The notes under the pieces: generated by a model
Database searches by the model: none
Told to the model about the DNA's origin: nothing
What the model saw: the letters and a program-made list of their open reading frames with translations, nothing else
From: Balanoglossus misakiensis
Taxonomy: Eukaryota; Animalia; Hemichordata
Assembly (NCBI GenBank): GCA_040954595.2
Contig: CM082589.2
Span: 9,932,894-9,996,893, forward strand
Length of the DNA: 64,000 nt
Direction of reading: 5' to 3'
Program-made: the position numbers and the translations under genes
Shown: in pieces, positions 24,640-36,197 of the stretch
Layout: the number at the start of each line of letters is the position of its first letter
How positions within the stretch are numbered: the stretch's first letter is position 1

Positions 24640-27600
24640 TCACAGCATAAGTTTCTTGAGTTTATTTGATATTTTACCAGTGACAGCTGCTTTTTTTATG
24701 TCATCCATAATTGGGTCAACACATATTTCACAGGCAGTCATTGTTTCATTTTTTTAAATTGCCACACATACAGTAGCCTGCATTCTCATAATATCGACTG
24801 GGAATGTATTTTTCTTTTTCTTTAAGCTCAAATTGACCTACATTTGCATTTCTATAGTTGTCAGCTTTTGGACTTTTGTTCCTCAGCCAAAAAAGCATCA
24901 CATATTCGTGTCGAAATATGAGGGCCCACCTATTTTGAGGTGTAGAATTTTCACTGAATTCTAGCAGGCGTAGATGCTTTGCCTCTCTGCCTTCCATTGT
25001 GTTTAGGCCTAATCCCAGACTGAATTGCTTATAGATACTAGTGGTGTGTTTTGGGACTACATAACCAATGTGCCACACAGTATTATTGACATTCAGAAAC
25101 AGGGAATGTAGATTAAAGTACCACCGACACTTATGCCTAAGTACAAGCAAATCTCCCTCATTTATGTTGAATCGTGAGAATAACAAAGTGATATCTCTAA
25201 GCAAGATACCAGTATATGTGTAGAGAGCTAATTGAGCCCGACGCTTTGGTCTGTCTGTATCGCTTCTCAATGCTAATACCAATCCTATGAAATGCCAAGC
25301 AAGTTTGCGAGACTCCTCACCAGTGAAGCGATAAACCACATTAATGTTGGCATTTGACTTGACACTATTTTCATTGAAGTATTTTACAATCTTATTATAC
25401 AACTTTCCAGCTTTTACTTGATATTTTAGGGCAGACAGGAATTTGTACAGATATGACTCGTTAGGTAGATTCTCAATTTTAACTCCATTTTCACGACCCT
25501 TTTCCGAAGTGTGGGCAACTGCGTCAATCAGTAATCGTTGGAAGTAGTATTGCCATGCATTGTTCTTTAAATGCAATGGCTCAGCCTTGGCACAATCAAT
25601 AAATCTACCCAACGGTGGTACAAATTCCTGTCTTGACCTCAGACTGGCTATAAATTGTGTGATTTTGGGTCGCACTGTTTTGGGCTTTCCAGTTTTAATT
25701 TTCTTAGTTGACTTCAACTTTTCAACAGCTTCTGCATCTTTAATTCTTTTCTGATATTTCCATTCATCCCACTTCTGACCTGGGCCAATTTCTGCTCCAA
25801 TACAATCAATATCATTTTTGGAACGTTAGCAAATGAGCTGAAATACTTTGCTGCATTGCTTAGTTCTCCAGACACACTGGCCAATCCCTTCTGATCAAAG
25901 GGTAAAAGTGACACCTGAAAAGTTACATCAAGACTGCCAACTTTATATTTACGTTTCTCAATACACTCAAGGTCTTTTGACAATGCAATTGCAAATTCAA
26001 TCATTATGGGGTCATCCTCTTTTATGTTTGCCCCTAATAGGAGAAAATTGTGGTCTGGGCTAGCAACACGGTGGGTCACATTCAAGAAACTAACTAGCCA
26101 TGCAGTGGCCTGTCCATGTTTGCCAAACGGAGCCCCGTCAGCACCTATACTGATTTGAAATGAGCCCTCCTGTTTACCGAACCAGTTAAGAATATCAGGC
26201 TGTGTTTCCCCCATATTTAAATATAAACTGGCAATCTTAATAAGCAACTCCTCAGGGTTTCTTTTTAAGCCGACTTGTTTGCCTTCAGATGATATAATTG
26301 GCTCAAGATTTCCAATGTCAAGGTTACTTACATACTGTACAACTTTTGTGTATGGGAGCAGTCTTGGTATTCTACAGCCAGAATGAATTTCTAATGCTTT
26401 CCTAGGATGTTTCAAGTTGGAGAACATCTGAAGTTCACTCTGCCTCAGACAGTTATATTTTCGTTTGGATAGCACTCCGCCCTCATACATAGTTCTGACA
26501 CTCCTCACCAAATTGTTCTCACTTTTCTCAAATTTACTGATGTATTTATCAAATACTGATGGCATTACTTTTTTACTGATTTGGGGAGAGGTTCTGAAGA
26601 ATGTTTTCATTTGGTCAGGAGTGGCAGAATTAACAAGAGTATACCACAAACCATCAAGTGCTGCTTTTGGTGGATGTAGTACATTCGGTTTATTTATACC
26701 TTTGGCTGGGCTTACATCTGTAGTTGCTACATGAATATTTATGGCTGCTGATAAGGTTTCACACCTACGTTCATACTGTTGACGTCGCGACAGCTTCAAA
26801 GATTCACTATTATCTGCACATACTTCAGTGTTCTTGTGGACCCATTTAGAGCGTTTCACATTAACAACATCAACAGGAATCTGAAAGATTAAGTGTGTGA
26901 TAAATATATACTAATTAGAATATAATCATTATATATAAAATAAAATCTTCTTACAAGTTAATCATTAATTTAAATGTCCTTGATAAGAAATACACACGTG
27001 TAGCCTGTATTTTTCTGACAACTTCTGCAATAAAAATCCTAAAAAATATACATAGTTTGTTGGAAAACCTAGATGTTTTGCATCAAAGCTGAACCCATTT
27101 TGTTATCATTGTTTACACAGGATCATGTGACATGAAGTTCAAAAAGCGAATTTGGGCTAAAATTTGAAGAGGATTTATACAAATCTGAGATTTTTAAAAT
27201 TATGACTAAGTCTATTTATCTGATCTAGCTTACCTTTCTCTTATTATTCTTTGTAGCTAAGATCTCACAAATCTTACTGTTCTTCTTCTCTAGTCTAGCT
27301 AGCTGGGTTGAGGATTTTTTACTAGTCTCCTAGCTGCACTCAACTTATTCAACTTATCCTGAATTATGCTTTCTTCCTCATCTCTCTTTCTCTTTCTCTG
27401 TCTACACCACTCTCCTAAGTTAAACCTGTGTTTAGTCTGTCCTCTCTTTGTTCTAACTACCAATAGGTTGTTGGCCACGCTCCCAGACAAAGATCTAGTC
27501 TTCAATTTCTCCTGATATAGTTGTTGTAAACACTTCTCTTCAGCTACCTGTCTCGCTATCTTTTGGTCCTTTGCCCACTGGCCTATGTTGAAGTAACTTT

Positions 27601-27676
27601 TCCCTTTTCTATTCGGCATAACAATAGACAAACTTTTAAGAAGTGCGCTACTCCTGTTGAATAGTTTGCCCCACAT
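24640..27676 (-). pseudogene. RAG1-core/Transib-like DDE transposase, ~890 aa when repaired; two coding exons, three 1-nt frameshifts
   Basis: Exons ~27676-27234 and 26880-24640 with a phase-0 GT-AG intron. Motifs: SIGADGAPF (D at 26137-9), LPFDQKGLASVSGELS (D at 25894-6), AEPLH, RFTGEESR, NTVWHIGYVVPKH, GLNTMEGREAKH (E at 24983-5), C-terminal CMCG..CEIC. Frameshifts at ~27315 (A-run), ~25822 and ~24750 (A-run). The start codon is uncertain (27676 or 27619). Confidence 0.8.
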
Positions 27677-28484
27677 GGCTCTAAATCTATACCTGAAAAG
27701 GGTGAACAAGAGAAATATCTTTACAATAATTATCTATCCGAGGGAAGCAAAAACAAAACACCTGCTCATTATACTTCCTCCAGAAATTGAGGTCAAAGGT
27801 GACATAGAAAGAATGTGGGTAACCTTACCATAACAATCTCGCCCATTCATTTTTTTCTTATTTCGTTTTCACCCTCGAATTTCCAGCGAATTATATCAAG
27901 AATATATTTTAGCACAAACTATTGGTTTCTGATTTTTCAGTTACGGTCTTATTTTCTGTCAATTCTATGAACAATATCACCATGTCGCCGAAAATTCGAA
28001 GCGCCGCCATTACAATCAATGTAACCCGTGCTGCTGCCAAGGAACACACAGGGTCGTATATTTTCGCTTGGTATGATTTCGTCATATTGCTTGTAGCAGC
28101 ATTTTAAACATGGAATCCTATGTTTACGTATAAAAGACTAAATTCGTATGGTTTTCAAATTGAAAAAAACAATTCTGTGAAGCTGAATCGTTGTAATTTT
28201 TAGTGTTTGTTTATGGTTGCTTAGGACGGCTTCTGCTATAGCAACGGCCAGGGACTGTCAGCGGGTGATCAAAATGTTCAAGTTATTTGGCTGATACACA
28301 TAAATAACACAGCAGAATCGCAACTTTATTTCATATTGTCTCTGACATCTTGCTAATTTTACTAAACAAAACTTGGAATAAAGCAATATTACTCACCGAA
28401 TTATGCTGTGCATCGACAGCTGTGTTCGATCGCGAACGCCATTACTGTGTCTAATTAAATATTCATGAGCTTCATAGGCTGCCA

Positions 28485-28525
28485 CGGAAATACTGCCCAT
28501 AGGTGGCGTCGTTCAAGCTGTAGTG
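28485..28525 (-). repeat. Right bipartite TIR
   Basis: Reverse complement reads CACTACAG-N18-TGGGCAGTATTTCCG. Confidence 0.85.
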
Positions 28526-28528
28526 ACA

Positions 28529-30535
28529 GGTGGTGGTTCCCAGAGTGTATCGTAACCAGGTGATGAGACTAGCCCATGAATCAGTGCTGGGTGGTCACCA
28601 CGGAACTCACAAGACCACAGACAAGATCCTCAGCAACTTCGTTTGGCCTGGGCTAACATCAGATGTTTCCCGTTACTGTCAGTCCTGTGATTCATGTCAA
28701 CGGACACAACCAAAGGGACGGGTGACCAAGGTACCACTTGGAAGTATGCCACTAATAGATATCCCTTTCCTACGTATTGCAGTAGACCTGGTTGGCCCTA
28801 TTCATCCATGCACTGAACGCAAGAATAGGTACATACTTACTGTTGTTGATTATGCAACACGCTATCCGGAGGCTGTTGCATTGACTAACATTGATACCAA
28901 GACTGTTGCAGAGGCGCTCCTGGACATCTACTCAAGAGTGGGGTGTCCACGTGAAATTCTGACAGATCAAGGAACTCAATTTACATCAGATGTGATGCGT
29001 GAGGTCAGCCGGCTTTTGTCTATAAAGCAGATGACTACCACCCCATACCACCCAGCATTCAATGGTCTAGTGGAACGGTTCAATGGTACATTGAAACTCA
29101 TGCTCAGGAAGATGTGTGAGGAACGTCCAACATATTGGGATCGTTATCTGAATGCTTTACTATTTGCCTACAGAGAAACGCCTCAATCGAGCACAGGATT
29201 CTCTCCGTTTGAGTTACTTTATGGGAGGAGTGTGCGTGGTCCAATGGCTATCTTGAAAGAACTATGGACTGGAGAGATCAGTGAACCAGAAACCAAAACG
29301 ACTTATCAATACATCCTTGATCTTCAAAAGAAATTAAAGAAGGCATGCGATTTAGCAAGACAAGAACTGAAGATATCACAAGGCAAATACAAGTCCTACT
29401 ACAATAGAAAGGCCAAATGGAGGAAGTTCAACAAAGGTGACGAGGTGTTATTGCTACTACCTACTGACCATAATAAACTACTTATGCACTGGAAGGGTCC
29501 TTTTCCAGTGGTGGAGAAAGCGAGCAATATGGATTACAAGATTGACTTTGGTCATAGGGTGAAAACATTCCATGCCAACCTGTTGAAGAGGTACTATCGA
29601 AGAACTGATCAGCTAGATGAAGTATCAGCTGGACTTCTTGAGATTGTGTGTGTATCTGTGATAGATGAGCAGAGTTATGAATCTTCAGAAGTACAAGAGA
29701 ACACAGGGGTTAAAGTAAACGATGACTTACTGCGGGTTCCTGCATTCAAGCAGAAAGAATTTGCTGCAGATGTGAATGTATGTGACAACTTGTCAGACAT
29801 ACAGAAGCAAGTGGTGAGGAGGTTGCTGATCAATTACAAAGATATGTTAACTGATATTCGTGGTAACACCAACCTGGGTTTCCATGACATCAAGTTGATG
29901 GATCCAACACCAGTATGCAGTAGGCCATACCCCATCCCTCATGCACTCCGTGAAGCAGTGAAAGATGAAGTCAAAACGATGATTAAGATGGGAGTAGCTG
30001 AACCTTCAGAGAGTCCATATGCTGTTCCACTGGTAATGGTGAAGAAATCTGATGGGTCCAATCGTTGTTGTGTTGACATGAGAAAGCTCAATCGCATAAC
30101 AGTGTTTGATGCAGAGCCTACACCAGACCTGAGTGAGCTTTTTGCTTTTTGCTAAGTTATCCAAGGATCACTATTTCACTAAAGTAGATCTCAGCAAAGA
30201 ATATTGGCAAGTCCCGTTGACTGATAATTCTAAACAATTGACGGCATTTATCACGCATGATGGGCTATACCAATTTATCAAAATGCCTTTCGGACTTGTA
30301 AATAGTGCTGCGACTTTTAGCAGAATTATGAGAAGATTGTTAAGAGATATGAAGAACGTAGACAACTATATCGATCACATACTGATCCACACTGCATCAT
30401 GGGAAGAACATATCAAGACAATTACAGATTTGATGAGCAGACTACGAAAGGCAAAGTTAACAGCGAGACCAACTAAGTGTTATGTGGGTTATGAGCAGAT
30501 CGATTTCCTGGGTCATGTGGTTGGTCATGGTGAAC
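28529..30535 (+). pseudogene. Gmr1-like integrase followed by reverse transcriptase (frameshifted, YIDH, truncated)
   Basis: Integrase: AHESVLGGHHG..CDSC, AVDLVGP..TDQGTQF..NGLVERFN, WKGPF. RT: SRPYPIP..SPYAVPLVMVKK..VDMRKLN, frameshift at ~30150, MPFGL, YIDHILI, FLGHVV. Confidence 0.92.
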
Positions 30536-30685
30536 TAGTCCTGTTTCAAAATGACCTACATTACAGGTCCTATGCACACGTATTACATGTTCTGATTGGT
30601 TTATCCACTTCTCTAAGGTCCACTTGCGGCTCGCTGATTGGAGGGACCTTATGTGTTAGGTCTTATTACTATGTATTATTCACCA

Positions 30686-30892
30686 GACCTTGTAGGTTAG
30701 GTCTTATTACAATGCATTATTCACTTTACAGCTCCCTGATTGGTTAATGTGTAGGTCTGGTCCTCCAGTGTTCACTGCCTCATTATGCAGGACCTTGTAG
30801 GTTAGGTCTTATTAATATGTATTTATTCACCATACAGCTCCCTGATTGGTTAACGTGTCAGTCTGGTCCCCCCAGTGTTCACTGCCTCATTG
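30686..30892. repeat. Tandem duplication of a ~104-bp unit
   Basis: GACCTTGTAGGTTAGGTCTTATTA...CAGCTCCCTGATTGGTTAA...CCAGTGTTCACTGCCTCATT occurs twice. Confidence 0.85.
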
Positions 30893-32402
30893 TGAAATGT
30901 CCCATGTGCTTCCTGGCTAGCGTTGTGGTAACATATTATTCGGGGTGTCCGCAGATCGTTCATTGATTTTCTGAGAAATAGCCTAACTGATACTATCTCC
31001 AACATAAACCGCACCCTGGAAAGATTAAATGATCTTTTAGGTGGACTTTGAAAATCTGATTAACTCATCTAAGCATTTTAGCTAAGTTGTATATTTTTTA
31101 ATTATAATCATACAAAATACTTAAAAAATAAAAACAATGTTCAGTTTTAATACCCACTGATGAGGGGAAACATCAGTTTCAAATTCTTTTCATGGGAGCG
31201 CTTGAGCAGAGTTATGAGTTTTGCTCTGTGAAAGAAAATGGGGGGATTTCAAAATATTTCGGGTTGTGAAAGGGGGGGGGGGCATGTGAAAATTAGCGGT
31301 AAAAGATGAATTCCCCCCCCCCCCTCCAGAGGTGTTTGTGAATGCAGCCTAAGAAAGAAAAAATGTGAAATGGGTCAAATATGGGCCGGACGTGCCCATT
31401 CAACTCAATTTACTTTTGTTTGCTTTAAGTAGGAATTGATCACAGCTATATTTATTTTGGACACCTGAGCGACAAGAAAACAATCTGATTCTACATTTTA
31501 AAAAGCGTCATTGGAAAAGCACTGCAATTTTGTTTCTTGCTTTAAAAAAGTTTGGGGTGGCATGTAATAATTAAGGTGTGTCTAAATTACTAATTTGGTG
31601 CACCTCAAAGCCCTTAGCCAATGTAAATTATATCCTGCATTGTATTCATGAAGGATATCCTCCCGCGAGGTCAATGCCATTCAATGTCAAACAGTCTCAA
31701 CAAAGACCATTGGACACTCATAGCCGTTTTGTATGAAAGTGACTGGAGTACGAGATGAGTTTCATGACAACAACAAATCATGCTCAGTCTCGCTGCAGGG
31801 TCTATAATTTCAATAACGGCTAGACGCTGGACACTATCTTAGGTAACACTTTAGGGTCATAGTGCTGGAACGACATGTTTAAACAGGTCGTTCCGGCACT
31901 CTGACCCTTTCGGCCCCAGTCGTTTCAGCCCCCATTTTCCACGACCCAAGTCGTTACAGCCCGGACAGTAACACCCCAAACATTTCAACACTTATCAGGG
32001 AAGACCTTAGCCCAACTATTAAAACTTGGCTTGAACCTACTTAAGTTCTCCGCATGAAATATGAGCGAGCGTTGTCAGAGGACGACAGCTACGCACACTT
32101 TGGGCATGACCGAATCAAACAGAATTGAATATTCTATATTCGGAAAAAACACCTTATCTCCGTTTTGCCGTTGACAAACCGATTTCTGTCATGACAGTTA
32201 CTCCCGGGGACTGTGACAGACCATATACAGACAGTAGAGGCCGCGCGCTGGGGGTCTACACAAGTCACTACAGCTGATGTAAGCAAGTACAACATGCTTT
32301 GCTTGCAGGAATGTTCCATTTTCAATAGAGGGGTGTGTATATTCAGAGGGAATGTCAGTCGGGGCCCTGGCTGGCAACATGCGGCGTATATATTGACAAT
32401 CT

Positions 32403-33330
32403 TAGCCGGGAGACCAGGGCGTCGATCTAAAATACAACGCTCGGGGACAGTCGAGCAAGTCCTGCTGAGCTGAAAGATAGTAGTCTTGGCAACGATCGAG
32501 GTCGCTTAGTAACAAATGGATAACGAGTGATCTATCAAATGTTGACGGGCGCCAGTGGTTGGATGATATAATTAAAGGCACGTAAGCTGTAACTGGATAA
32601 AAAATTAAAGTTTTAAATAATCTCATATATGCTTTTAATTATGTCTATTAAATGCTATTTCATGATAATATATCAAGCTCAACACTTATTTATGACAAAA
32701 TGGCCAAAAATTAAAGAAAAACGAAAATTCCTGCAATTTTAAAAAAAGCGCAATATTGCAATGAAAAATGAAAATCTGATGTCTCAGTGGTGTACATTTA
32801 CTTCCATGAGCTCAAGTGGATGAGATCATGTTTTGTTTATGAAGTTTCACAACCGGAAATGCAACATTTTCATTGTTTCTTGCATTTTCCCACGGTGGCG
32901 GCCATAATCGCTTGCGGCAAAGCTTTATTATTTATCTGGTTAAAACTTGCATATGCACTCATACTTAGGGTTTATAATGCTTGTGTATTGTTCACTACCT
33001 CCATCTGCATGGACTAATGGTAGTGCAGTTTGAAACAAAAATTATGAAAATTATCCCAAAAGTTACACCTTACGTGCCTTTAACAAAGCTTGGTTATGAA
33101 TATTCATACACTTTCAAAACCACTCCCACATCCCATCGCGGGAATTTCACACATGACTCCACCTCTATTTCCTTATTTAGAAGGCGACGATGTCATGTGG
33201 TTAACATTGAGTGACCAATTAGCTTACACGCAAGATTTACCACACGTGTCGTTCTACGAACAGAATTCTGTTCGTAAATAGAGACTGTCCCCGGGCGTTT
33301 CTTTTCCCCGACGCCCTGGTCTCCAGGCTA
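32403..33330. mobile_element. Non-autonomous TIR element, TAG...CTA termini, 9-bp TSD (AcademH-like)
   Basis: TSD TGACAATCT at 32394-32402 and 33331-33339. TIRs of ~50 bp: TAGCC(G/T)GGAGACCAGGGCGTCG...GGGGACAGTC. Confidence 0.85.
32576..33079. mobile_element. Kolobok-type non-autonomous element (504 bp) nested in the AcademH-like element
   Basis: TTAA TSD at 32572-32575 and 33080-33083; short TIRs AGGCACGTAAG(C/G)TGTAACT. Confidence 0.88.
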
Positions 33331-33763
33331 TGACAATCTCGCTGATAGGCGCAGCTGGAATTTATGTTTCTGTGGTATGATTATTGTATTTTATCAATGC
33401 ACAATCACGATGGGCGAGTTTCAAGCAAGCAATTGGATTCGCTTCAATCCCTCACTAAAATCTAGACTGCACCACTGTATAATAACACAATACAGTCTTC
33501 TAGCCTCATGGTATAAACAGGAACTCTTGTCTGCTGGACATCCGTGTACTTTGGTCTACTGAGTGAACGCGTTACGTATAGAGGTAGCGCAAAGTGAAAA
33601 CCTATTTAAGGCAGCCACAACAATCAGTGTTGACGTACATACAATCTGACTAAAATCGCAGTTGGTATGACGACAGCATACTAATAATACTGTACCACAT
33701 AAGTAAAAGACGTCGTCGTACCATACATCTGATTTTATTCAGATTACTGCATATTTGCATATA

Positions 33764-33970
33764 CTGTGAAACAAGTTATTTTCGCGAGCAATACATTTTC
33801 GCGAGATACGTGAGAGCCAAAATGGTATGAAAATAAGAGGTCGCATAATTATTTTTGAAGATAACGATGCAGTGAATGAAATAAGAGAACGCGAAAATTA
33901 ATACTCGCGAAACAGTAGCCTCTCTCGATATCGTGAAAATTTCAACTCGCTAAAATAAAGTGTTTTACAG
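33764..33970. mobile_element. MITE with TA TSD (Tc1/mariner-like)
   Basis: TA|CTGTGAAACAAGTTATTTTCGCG ... CGCTAAAATAAAGTGTTTTACAG|TA; internal CGCGA(A) repeats. Confidence 0.75.
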
Positions 33971-33996
33971 TAGTTTATGTATGTAAAGTGTTCCTG

Positions 33997-34126
33997 ATGT
34001 TAACACAATCTGTTTGAAATCAGATGTAGGCCTAGGGAATGGCGACGTAGTTTTTTGATGCTGCGACAGCATAAAAAACACGTCGCCGTTCCCTACATCT
34101 GATTTTAATCAGATTAGCGTTAACAT
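33997..34126. repeat. ~130-bp imperfect palindrome (related hairpin at ~33642-33746)
   Basis: ATGTTAAC..AATCTG...AAATCAGATGTAGG..GAATGGCGACGT / ACGTCGCCGTTCCCTACATCTGATTTTAATCAGATT..GTTAACAT. Confidence 0.75.
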
Positions 34127-34229
34127 AACTTTATCAGAATAAGTTAACGCCATAACTTTGACAGAATAAGAGTTGCCTCAAACGGCTCTAACCGAATTTC
34201 CATTAATAGCAGAACAAACAAGCTGTAAT

Positions 34230-36197
34230 CAATACGCCAACCTTTAAAATATTACTTTAGAAAGTTTGTATTCATACTTTCTTCAAGTTGTCATAACGCT
34301 AACCCGAAATGTGTTTTAGTATTGCCTTTGTATTAATGGGCTAGATTCATGGCGTTATATGTCATAAATTAAAAAGACAACCCTTATTGTTTTTGATAAT
34401 ATTTATGTCGGAGAATCCACAATGAAAAATATGTATTTTCAATTTCATAACTCAAAATAATTTTCAAATCCATGACCTTATTTTCAACTCCAGTGATCGT
34501 ACATCCTGAACCTTGTTCCAGTAAATGATTGGTCATTACAGGGTTAATGGGCACTCTCCCGTTCTCTTCCTCCGCAGTTTCATTCATGTTCTTGTTTGAC
34601 GGAAATGGGTGTGACCAGACGATTGAATGTTTTCATGTGGGTTGAGTTGTTCATCGGGAACGGCCTCCTGGTGTGTCTGTACAGGTACGCAAGGAGAAAC
34701 TGCCCACAAGAAGCTGCGAGTGAAACTATTTAAGGTAGTATGTGCCTCGCGGTCCGAGATTCTGACAAATGATAGTCCTCAAAACTTTTTCAAGTCATTG
34801 ATTTACTAAAGTGTGTGGTGAGTCTCTTTGAAAACAACAACAATATTACTCATCATATTGTAATTTTTTGAAACTATAAAATGAAGTTGACAATGCACCA
34901 AACAGATTCTATTTATTTCTTCATGACCATGTTCACCCCAAGGTCATATGGACCTGCAAGTATATGCCAGAGCCAGAGTCGACATTACCGAAGCCAGAGT
35001 TTAAAGCTTACAGGTCACCCCTTGCCAGCTCATGACTAGCTAAACTGCCATGGATGCCAAGAGATATATGACTACGGTAACCTGTAGATGGTTTCAGTAT
35101 GTTTGAAGAAAGTGGTGGCGCACTTTTGGCTACATTTGAAATGGCTATGGTACCAGTGGTTGAATTTGCAAAGGTGACCTTTGACCTGGCATCTTTAAAG
35201 ATATTAAAGAACGATTTACCATTCCTTGTTGTCGTAAAATGACATCTGTAATAACTTATATTTTATCTGTTCATCTTGAAGTACTATATATTTAAACGCC
35301 AATTTTCCATTGCCAATCAAGTTTTTACAAATAAATTGTAATATGCATGTTGATTTTACAAAAACTCCTTACTTCCAAGTGAATTCTGTTACACATCACG
35401 TAACTATTTTCCCCACGAATTCTTCAGTTGCTAACTCGGAAATTTCATATATTGGGCAGAAATTGGATACATTACCCAGCCATTAAAATTACAGTTTTCT
35501 ATTTTAATTGATCGTCCATAACTTCAAGTACTTTGACTTGACATACATTAAAAACATCATGGTGAATAAATAAAAATTATTTGATTATCTAATTGTGCAT
35601 GTTTACATGGTTTTATTTTAGTATGCTGGGTACTTAATGTCTAATGGCTCGCTGATTTTATACTGTTCAAGATGACAATCTAATTTTAGTTTTCAGCTGA
35701 TAATTGAAATCAATGATTCAAAAAAATTGAATTTTGACATGAATAAACTTCTTGTTCATGGCAGTTGCTGTGTTTTGTTTCATTTGTATTCAATTTTTGC
35801 AAGCATACCATTGAGCACAGTTTGATTTGATTAAACACGTTTATCGGAAAATTTTGTCATTTGAAATATCTGTTTTTGCGCCCTCTACCATTTGACCAAA
35901 TGATTCTCTTATTTTGGTGGCCTTTGTCTGTGTATATGAGAATACTATAGTACTCTCGCATCGATCATAGTAGAAGTTGATAACGTCTCTTGCCACGTGG
36001 CCTGGAAGAAAGGCGATCTTTAGAGTAAAAAAAACAAACTATCCAGATAGGAAGCTAGAAAAGAAGTTGAATCGTTGAAATTTTATTTATTTTATATTGT
36101 TAATATCGTTGGTGATGTTGACTGGCCGACAATCTTTGTCACACGAGTCTTTGCAGGCAGATTAAAACATTGCCTATTCCAGCAATAATCACAACAG
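34230..36197. repeat. ~1.97-kb direct repeat, copy 2
   Basis: Near-identical to 17462-19428. Confidence 0.95.

Larger units (their letters stand above)
23053..28525. mobile_element. 5473-bp DNA transposon with CACT termini, 3-bp TSD, RAG1/Transib-like transposase and a convergent second ORF
   Basis: ACA TSD at 23050-23052 and 28526-28528. Removing the element and one TSD restores the host frame ...AAG CTG TTA CAG GTG GTG GTT CCC (KLLQVVVP). Ends are CACTGCGG and CACTACAG (reverse complement), each with TGGGCAGTATT starting at position 27. Confidence 0.93.
19645..30535 (+). mobile_element. Gmr1-like Ty3/Gypsy LTR retrotransposon, decayed, 3'-truncated, interrupted at 23053-28525
   Basis: LTR with TGTCA...TGACA termini; tRNA-Pro PBS; gag, CCHC knuckle and protease, then integrase upstream of RT. 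No RNase H or 3' LTR was seen. Confidence 0.9.

Noticed and set aside
30536-30747. RT ORF extension, or an Academ-like TAG terminus at the truncation point
   Set aside because: The translated tail is not RT-like and no matching right terminus or TSD was found.
17462-36197. The 2-kb direct repeats as LTRs of the Gmr1 element
   Set aside because: The tRNA-Pro PBS follows 20941, not 19428; there are no TG...CA termini, PPT or TSD for these repeats.
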